This document shows, in pieces, positions 58,518 through 64,000 of a DNA stretch of 64,000 bases. Under the pieces are notes generated by a model, which saw only the letters and a list, made by a program, of their open reading frames with translations, was not told where the DNA came from and searched no databases. Position 1 is the stretch's first letter, and each line of letters opens with the position of its first letter. A program made the position numbers and the translations under genes. Source of the stretch: Nitrosopumilaceae archaeon (GTDB taxonomy: Archaea; Thermoproteota; Nitrososphaeria; Nitrososphaerales; Nitrosopumilaceae); assembly GCA_965208905.1 (NCBI GenBank), contig OZ242365.1, forward strand, positions 1,600,001 through 1,664,000. The letters run 5' to 3'.

Positions 58518-61202
58518 ATGACTGAGATGTACGTCGTAGGGAGTAGTGGGGCGCCCCGCGCCAGTGGCTTTGCCATGGCATCGATCATGATGTTGCTGCC
58601 GATGATTGCGGGCGTGGTGGCAACGCTGGTAGTATCGTGGGGCGGCTTTATAGAGACCGCCTTCATGGACATGACGCTGAGCCTGGAGGGGTTTGACTAC
58701 AAGTTTGGCCCAGCCAAATGCAACGGCGAGTGGAAGGAGTGCGGCAACGCCACATTTGACGTATACGTGCAGTCAAGAAATCTGTCCATCATGCTGTTTA
58801 TTCTGGCGCTGGTGTTTGTGGCAATAAAGGACATGCTGAGCGCCGGCTTTGACGGCAATATCAGCATGGATGTGGCGGACAACAAAAGCCTCCCCGAACT
58901 TCTCAAGTATTCGGTATTGGTCTTTGTCGTGCTGTTTATCTTCCCGCCCATATGGGATGTTGCGGCAGGTACGATGAACAACGTAGGCGTTTGGATTCTA
59001 AACCCCCACTATAATATTGCGGGGAGCGGCGGTTCGTACACACCCGGCCAGACGCAGGATGCGATGTGCACCGGTATAATTACCTTTGAGGATCTGGCCG
59101 CGCTGGCGCCGGTCGTGCGCAATGCGGACGAGTGGGCCGTATACCAGAACGGGGATGCCGGCCCGCTCGACAACGGCGCTACCGTACCGCACAGGTTCGC
59201 CACAAACATGATTATACAGAAGGGGGAGGTGTTGTCCAACCAGTGCCTGAACCAGGGCATGGACTGTCCAAGTACAATATCCAACCGGCCCCCCGACAAG
59301 CAGTTGGGCGACATACTGTGCAATCCCGACCTGCGCGTAAAGTACGTATTCCAGCAGGCACTCAGCGTAACGGAGACCGAGCCCGCCAATGCCGAGGAGA
59401 TACTGGGCTCGGTAACGGGCAACATCGGCGATGATATTCTCGTAGGGATATTTACGCAGTTCCTAAAGGGTTCAGTGACGATACAGGTGATTATGGTGAC
59501 GTTTATGGTGGGGGTGATGGTGGATGTCGTTACCGCGTTTGCGCTTGCTATCTTGCCGGTGGTGTTCTTTTACCGCTTCCTGCCGATGTCGGGCAAGATA
59601 AAGCTCGGCGATTATTCTGGCGCGGCCTTTGCATTGTTGGCGATGCCGATGATTGCATCCATCATACTGGTTGCGGGTTCTGGTGCGGTTGCGGTCATGG
59701 CCGCCGAGCATCAGGACTTTGCGTCGTTCTTTGTGTGGCTGGCGGCCTTGTCGGTAGTATTGCTTGTGATTGGCATACCGTCTACGATGGTTCCCCTGAT
59801 AGGCGCGGCAACCGCGCAGGCCACGGCTGCAGTTCAGACCGGCGTGCAGACCGCGCAGTTTGCGGTGACTGCCGCGGGCGCGGCCGCAAGCGGGGCGATA
59901 CGGGGACGTGCGCAGTACAGGGCGGGCATGGGAGACTATGCAGGCCTGAAGGGAATGGATAGAAGCAAGATGAGCGCGGCGCAGGTGGCAAGGCTTGATC
60001 AGCTCAAGAAGGAGGGGCATGGCGGCAGGTTTGGCGCGGCGCGCGCGGCGTTTGGCGGCGCTTCGGGCGGACTGCGGGGCGAGATATATGACGACAAGGG
60101 GCAGTTCAGGAAGGAGTTCAGGAATGTCGGGATGCCCGATACGGGCAAACTGCAGGAGGGGTCATTGAGAGGTCTGGGAATGAACGTGGATTCGGGAGCT
60201 CTCCGGGACTCTGCGGCACTTACTACTACTGCGATGCAGGCAAGCCAGGCAGTCGGGCAAAGTGCTATACAGCAGGCATCGGATGCCAAGTGGGATAAGG
60301 AGAAGGAGGCGGCAAAACGACAGGAGGAGGCAAGGCAGGCCGAGGGAAGGGTCAAGACGTCGCAACATATGCAGGATACCACGCATCAGGTTGTCCGGGA
60401 GGCATATGAGTCAGATGATCGTACCAAGACGCTTGTGCAGCAGTCGGAGGTGATTGACGGCCACAAGGCTCGGCTGGAGGGTGCGCAGAAGAATGACAAA
60501 AATCTTATCAGGGGGTGGCAGAGGGCTGTCGGCGAGCACGCGGAGGTCAAAGGACAGCACGAGGCCGCCTGGGGCGAGGTAAAACCTGAGGATGCGGCCG
60601 CGTACAGGAATCTGAAGGATGATGTTGCTGTCAGGGAATCCCGGATTGCACAGATGGGTGCAGAACACAAGGCCGAGATGGAGCAGATGAAAGACGAAGG
60701 CGCTTCACTTGGTGATATTGCACTTCGGCAGGAGGATATGAGTGCCCAGATAGAGAATCTCCGGACTGAGCATGCCAACACTCAGGGTGAGTTGAAGACG
60801 ATGCTGCGGGAGAACGAGAATCTGGGCAAGGCTGCCGGGCTGGACGACTCGCTTGCGCAGTCAGAGGAAGCGATGGAGAAGGCCAAAAAGACCATGGACA
60901 ATAACCAGGCGAATATTGCAAAATTGAATGGTATGTTGGGGGAGCAACGGGCCGAGTACGGACGGTCTTTGCATTACATGGCCGGTATGGCCGGCGCGCT
61001 ATCACCCCAAGTTGCGAATGCCGTGCTGTCGGAGCGGGCGACCTGGGATGCGCTGCAGGAGGCTGAGGCTGATTATAATACTAAATCACTGGTCAGTGAG
61101 TATACACGAGAGGGTGTAATCTTGGATCAGGGAGCTAACCAGCCGGGTGAGTCAAAGAATAAGGAGGGGGATAAGCCGAAACGCCGATTTGTACAGAGGT
61201 GA
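58518..61202 (+). CDS. VirB6/TrbL-like membrane protein with long coiled-coil tail (paralog 2)
   Basis: Multiple TMs, PPIWD, LCNPDLRVKY, Ala/Gly linker, coiled coil; start 29 nt after the A-tract box. Confidence 0.7.
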   Translation: MTEMYVVGSSGAPRASGFAMASIMMLLPMIAGVVATLVVSWGGFIETAFMDMTLSLEGFDYKFGPAKCNGEWKECGNATFDVYVQSRNLSIMLFILALVFVAIKDMLSAGFDGNISMDVADNKSLPELLKYSVLVFVVLFIFPPIWDVAAGTMNNVGVWILNPHYNIAGSGGSYTPGQTQDAMCTGIITFEDLAALAPVVRNADEWAVYQNGDAGPLDNGATVPHRFATNMIIQKGEVLSNQCLNQGMDCPSTISNRPPDKQLGDILCNPDLRVKYVFQQALSVTETEPANAEEILGSVTGNIGDDILVGIFTQFLKGSVTIQVIMVTFMVGVMVDVVTAFALAILPVVFFYRFLPMSGKIKLGDYSGAAFALLAMPMIASIILVAGSGAVAVMAAEHQDFASFFVWLAALSVVLLVIGIPSTMVPLIGAATAQATAAVQTGVQTAQFAVTAAGAAASGAIRGRAQYRAGMGDYAGLKGMDRSKMSAAQVARLDQLKKEGHGGRFGAARAAFGGASGGLRGEIYDDKGQFRKEFRNVGMPDTGKLQEGSLRGLGMNVDSGALRDSAALTTTAMQASQAVGQSAIQQASDAKWDKEKEAAKRQEEARQAEGRVKTSQHMQDTTHQVVREAYESDDRTKTLVQQSEVIDGHKARLEGAQKNDKNLIRGWQRAVGEHAEVKGQHEAAWGEVKPEDAAAYRNLKDDVAVRESRIAQMGAEHKAEMEQMKDEGASLGDIALRQEDMSAQIENLRTEHANTQGELKTMLRENENLGKAAGLDDSLAQSEEAMEKAKKTMDNNQANIAKLNGMLGEQRAEYGRSLHYMAGMAGALSPQVANAVLSERATWDALQEAEADYNTKSLVSEYTREGVILDQGANQPGESKNKEGDKPKRRFVQR

Positions 61203-61221
61203 TAGTCAACTCCAACAGAAA

Positions 61222-61596
61222 TCAGGTGTGCTTGAAAACCATGTCCGGCATTCCAAACCCGTACACGTATCCCGGCAGCGGCTTCTCTTCCATATTCGTC
61301 TCAAGTTTGTTGTGATTGTGGATGTAGCCCTCATTGCCAGTGTAGAGTATCTTATACCATTCACGCACATCAATCCCTAACTCCTTTGCATTTTTTTGGT
61401 TTTCTGGGTCATGGCACCATCCATTGTAGTTGAGGATATCCCGGTATTTGCCTGGTATTTTTTCAAGCTCTGCTTCAAACCGCTTACCTTCCTCATCCGT
61501 CCAGTCCTCGGGGTTTTTTCCCTTCAGGTGCGCCCTCTCGACTGTAATGTCAAACATCTTTAACGACTTGATATGTTCTTCTTCGCTTGGGTACAT
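61222..61596 (-). CDS. Hypothetical protein (MYPSEEEHIK...)
   Basis: ATG 28 nt after CCTTATA; the listed upstream extension runs through the repeats. Confidence 0.7.
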   Translation of the reverse strand: MYPSEEEHIKSLKMFDITVERAHLKGKNPEDWTDEEGKRFEAELEKIPGKYRDILNYNGWCHDPENQKNAKELGIDVREWYKILYTGNEGYIHNHNKLETNMEEKPLPGYVYGFGMPDMVFKHT

Positions 61597-61631
61597 GTTG
61601 TTGTTTAGTACCCATCCCATATAAGGGACTA

Positions 61632-61967
61632 ATTTCAATGGGCCGGGGGCTTTTGCCCCCAGAAAGGATGAAGAAGTCACACGAGGCCGAGATTGAGAAG
61701 ATACTTCAATGGGGCCGGAGGTTTTCACCCCCGGAAAGACTGTGAATACTTCCATCATCCTGTTGTTCACCCCGTCCAACATAGTAATCATCACGTTTAA
61801 GGTTCCATATAACAACGTACATAATGTATGAATCATGGTCTACTTCAATGGGGCCGGGGACGTTCACCCCAGACACCCTCAACAACGTACATAGTTTATG
61901 AATCTCATTTCAATCTGGTCGGGGGTTTCACTCCCAACATACTCAACAACGTACATAAGATATGAAT
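61632..61967 (-). CRISPR. Orphan degenerate CRISPR mini-array with type I-G-like repeats
   Basis: Repeats 61632-61668, 61703-61740, 61842-61877, 61907-61942 (best GTCTTTCCGGGGGTGAAAACCTCCGGCCCCATTGAAGT); 34-nt spacer 61669-61702; no cas genes in window. Confidence 0.75.
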
Positions 61968-62030
61968 GGTGGTTCGCCGCCAACATCTGTTGTACTGGGC
62001 GCAAGCCCAACTGTACAACAGGCTGGCATC

Positions 62031-62918
62031 TTACGTTAACTTACCGGTTCCCTTACGCTTTGCTCGGTCTAGTGGCTGAAGTTTAGAGCGTAGGATGTTC
62101 TCAAACTCATGGCGTTTTATACGTTCGGCTGCAAGCAGTTTGGTGGTTGAGTCTTCCAGGGGCAACACTTCCCAATGCCGTACCTCAAGATTGCGTTTCT
62201 CTGACACGCCAACCACCAACCATATAATGTCGCCCTCGTTAATGTCATGAGATGGTTTGTTGCTAGCTCCACCAACAGCCTCAAAAAAGTTCTCGTCCAT
62301 AGCCACGGCCATCTTGGTCCCCCATTGTCGTAGCATGGGAACCTTTGTTTGGAGTTGCGGCATGAGCCGCTTTGCGCCGGATGAGCGCCAGTCGGGGCGA
62401 CGGAGTCTGTTTGGATATGGTGGTTTGTTCTGATTATCCTGTTCAAGAATCTCAAACTCTATTGACATGTTAGGGCCTGAGAAGTAAACTGCTTGTATTT
62501 CCAATCCATACCACTTGGGTCCGTCCTTGCCATCGGCCAGCACTAAATCTATGAGGCCCGCCGCCTTGTTTGTTGTTGGCGACCGCATGAATGGCACCTC
62601 ACGCGCTATGAACGACTTTGACTTATCAAATTTCACCACGCTTGCTAGATGTTTTAGAATTGTATCATCCTGATCGAATCTCTGCGGGCATAATATGACC
62701 GGGCTTCCTACTGGCTTGCCTAGACGGTCACCGTCCTGTTCGTATTCTTGAAATGAACAGACGCCTCCCCTTTTCCCACAAGCAACACTACCAGCCTGAA
62801 ACGGGCACTTGGGCGGGGTTGCCTTCTGTGAAACAATTTTTGCCAGTTCTTGGCGACGTTTCGGAGGCATTACGGCGAACGGTTCCCCAAACCACTCCAT
62901 TATTCCATAGCGCGTCAT
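62031..62918 (-). CDS. NotI-family restriction endonuclease
   Basis: EWFG, CPF..C.K.GGVCS, CPQRF Cys cluster, IDLVL, LEIQAVYFSG, RPDW. Confidence 0.8.
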   Translation of the reverse strand: MTRYGIMEWFGEPFAVMPPKRRQELAKIVSQKATPPKCPFQAGSVACGKRGGVCSFQEYEQDGDRLGKPVGSPVILCPQRFDQDDTILKHLASVVKFDKSKSFIAREVPFMRSPTTNKAAGLIDLVLADGKDGPKWYGLEIQAVYFSGPNMSIEFEILEQDNQNKPPYPNRLRRPDWRSSGAKRLMPQLQTKVPMLRQWGTKMAVAMDENFFEAVGGASNKPSHDINEGDIIWLVVGVSEKRNLEVRHWEVLPLEDSTTKLLAAERIKRHEFENILRSKLQPLDRAKRKGTGKLT

Positions 62919-63811
62919 TGGAACAATGGCTCCCTAGTTATCACAAGCTCCGGTATCGTGTTGTGGTGGGCGTTGTGCATGAACACACATACCGCATGGA
63001 ATCGATGTTCCCGCACGAGGTCGGCAATTTCGGGAGAGCAATCATAGGTCATGAGGAAGTTCATGTCCGAATCTGCCAGCAGGTCAAAGAGTCTCAGGTG
63101 GTCTATCTCACTATGGGCATACAGGCGACTACCCGCCCGTTTGCCCCCGGCGGTGTACGGCGGGTCTAGGAACAATGCCTCGTTATCGTTTCTGTGTACC
63201 AATGATTCGATAGTATGCATCCCGTCACCCTCCCGGAATACAATTCGGTCAGCATGGTTGGATATGTCGGACAAACGCCGGATCAATGTTTCTGGGTACC
63301 ATCTGGACTGTATTCCCTTTCCATTCTCCCCATGCTTCACAAACGACGCGCCCGGCGCCAATATGCCGGAGTTCCGTGTCCTGTTGAGTACCAGCGTCCT
63401 AAACCCACTGGTTTCTTGTAGCTCGATTGTGGACACATTCTCCAATGTGGGTTGAAACTGCGAGATAAACTGAATCAGGGCATCCGTACTATACAGGGCA
63501 TCCCGCCAGAATGCGGCCACGTCCCGATCAAGCTCTACCATGACGCAGTGTTCAACCAACCCCTCCATGATTGCGGTAAGCGGCACTATGCCGCCTCCAA
63601 CAAATGGATCCACCAACATGTGTGGTTTCGTCTTATCTAACCACTCTCGGATGTGTGGTATGAGCCACGTCTTCCCTCCCGGGTATCGTAGTGGACTTCG
63701 TTGTGGTATGGTGGAGACGTTGACGGCCGGAAACCGTGAGATCGGGAATTCCATGCTTATGGCCATACATATCTTCTTGGTGTTCCTTTTTTTAAGGTTT
63801 GACGGCCTCAT
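62915..63811 (-). CDS. D12-class DNA methyltransferase
   Basis: SPLRYPGGK, DPFVGGG, DPPY; coupled to nuclease. Confidence 0.9.
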   Translation of the reverse strand: MRPSNLKKRNTKKICMAISMEFPISRFPAVNVSTIPQRSPLRYPGGKTWLIPHIREWLDKTKPHMLVDPFVGGGIVPLTAIMEGLVEHCVMVELDRDVAAFWRDALYSTDALIQFISQFQPTLENVSTIELQETSGFRTLVLNRTRNSGILAPGASFVKHGENGKGIQSRWYPETLIRRLSDISNHADRIVFREGDGMHTIESLVHRNDNEALFLDPPYTAGGKRAGSRLYAHSEIDHLRLFDLLADSDMNFLMTYDCSPEIADLVREHRFHAVCVFMHNAHHNTIPELVITREPLFQ

Positions 63812-64000
63812 TTTCTCTCTCGAATTGTGATACTCTGCTTCTCTGCCCGTACCTCGCGCTTGGCCCCATATTCTGTACGCTTATTGGGACTGAGTTTGTA
63901 TGGCACAGTCGAGATGGCGGACGGGTCTGACTTGGCGTCTATAATCCACCGCAGTTTGTCTCTGGCCCGAAATTCACACAGCCCAACCACTATCTCCTGT
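63808..64000 (-). CDS. 3' end of an unidentified gene entering from the right edge
   Basis: Open frame with ATGA overlap onto the methyltransferase. Confidence 0.5.
   Translation of the reverse strand, partial: QEIVVGLCEFRARDKLRWIIDAKSDPSAISTVPYKLSPNKRTEYGAKREVRAEKQSITIRERK

Noticed and set aside
61597-61836. N-terminal extension of ORF 61222..61836
   Set aside because: Runs through CRISPR-like repeats; a promoter-supported ATG lies at 61596.
1-64000. Provirus or Borg-type element
   Set aside because: No recognisable capsid, portal or terminase gene, and no perfect tandem-repeat arrays; cannot be excluded outside the window.

Overview
The window looks like part of a large archaeal mobile element (plasmid or integrated conjugative element). 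Its RadA resembles Nitrososphaerota (thaumarchaeal) RadA as I recall it; no search was run. It carries its own divergent, often shortened information-processing genes: nurA-herA...mre11-rad50 divergent from radA, Hjc, PCNA, MCM, an OB-fold SSB, TFB and TBP. Transfer genes include a VirB4-like ATPase, two VirB6-like membrane proteins, a prepilin peptidase and large exported proteins. Defence cargo is dense: MmeI-like RM, Fic TA, Dam, GHKL-nuclease/Dcm/Vsr, DUF499-DUF1156-SNF2 and a NotI-like RM pair. An IS66 has intact TIRs and an 8-bp TSD. Many genes start 27-29 nt after a TATA-like box. That spacing rule corrects many starts and exposes hidden genes: Zn-finger microproteins and a family of GCCGGGC-initiated pseudoknot RNAs (3-4 copies). 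The most striking non-coding signals are (i) this RNA family, (ii) a three-ncRNA cluster behind radA, two members of which end in a hairpin resembling the type I-G-like CRISPR repeats of an orphan mini-array near 61.7 kb (no cas genes in the window), and (iii) a TATA-less promoter class (RTAAYC...AAAACG) mainly upstream of transfer/export genes, alongside a TBP and TFB with altered DNA-contact residues. All assignments are from motif reading by eye.
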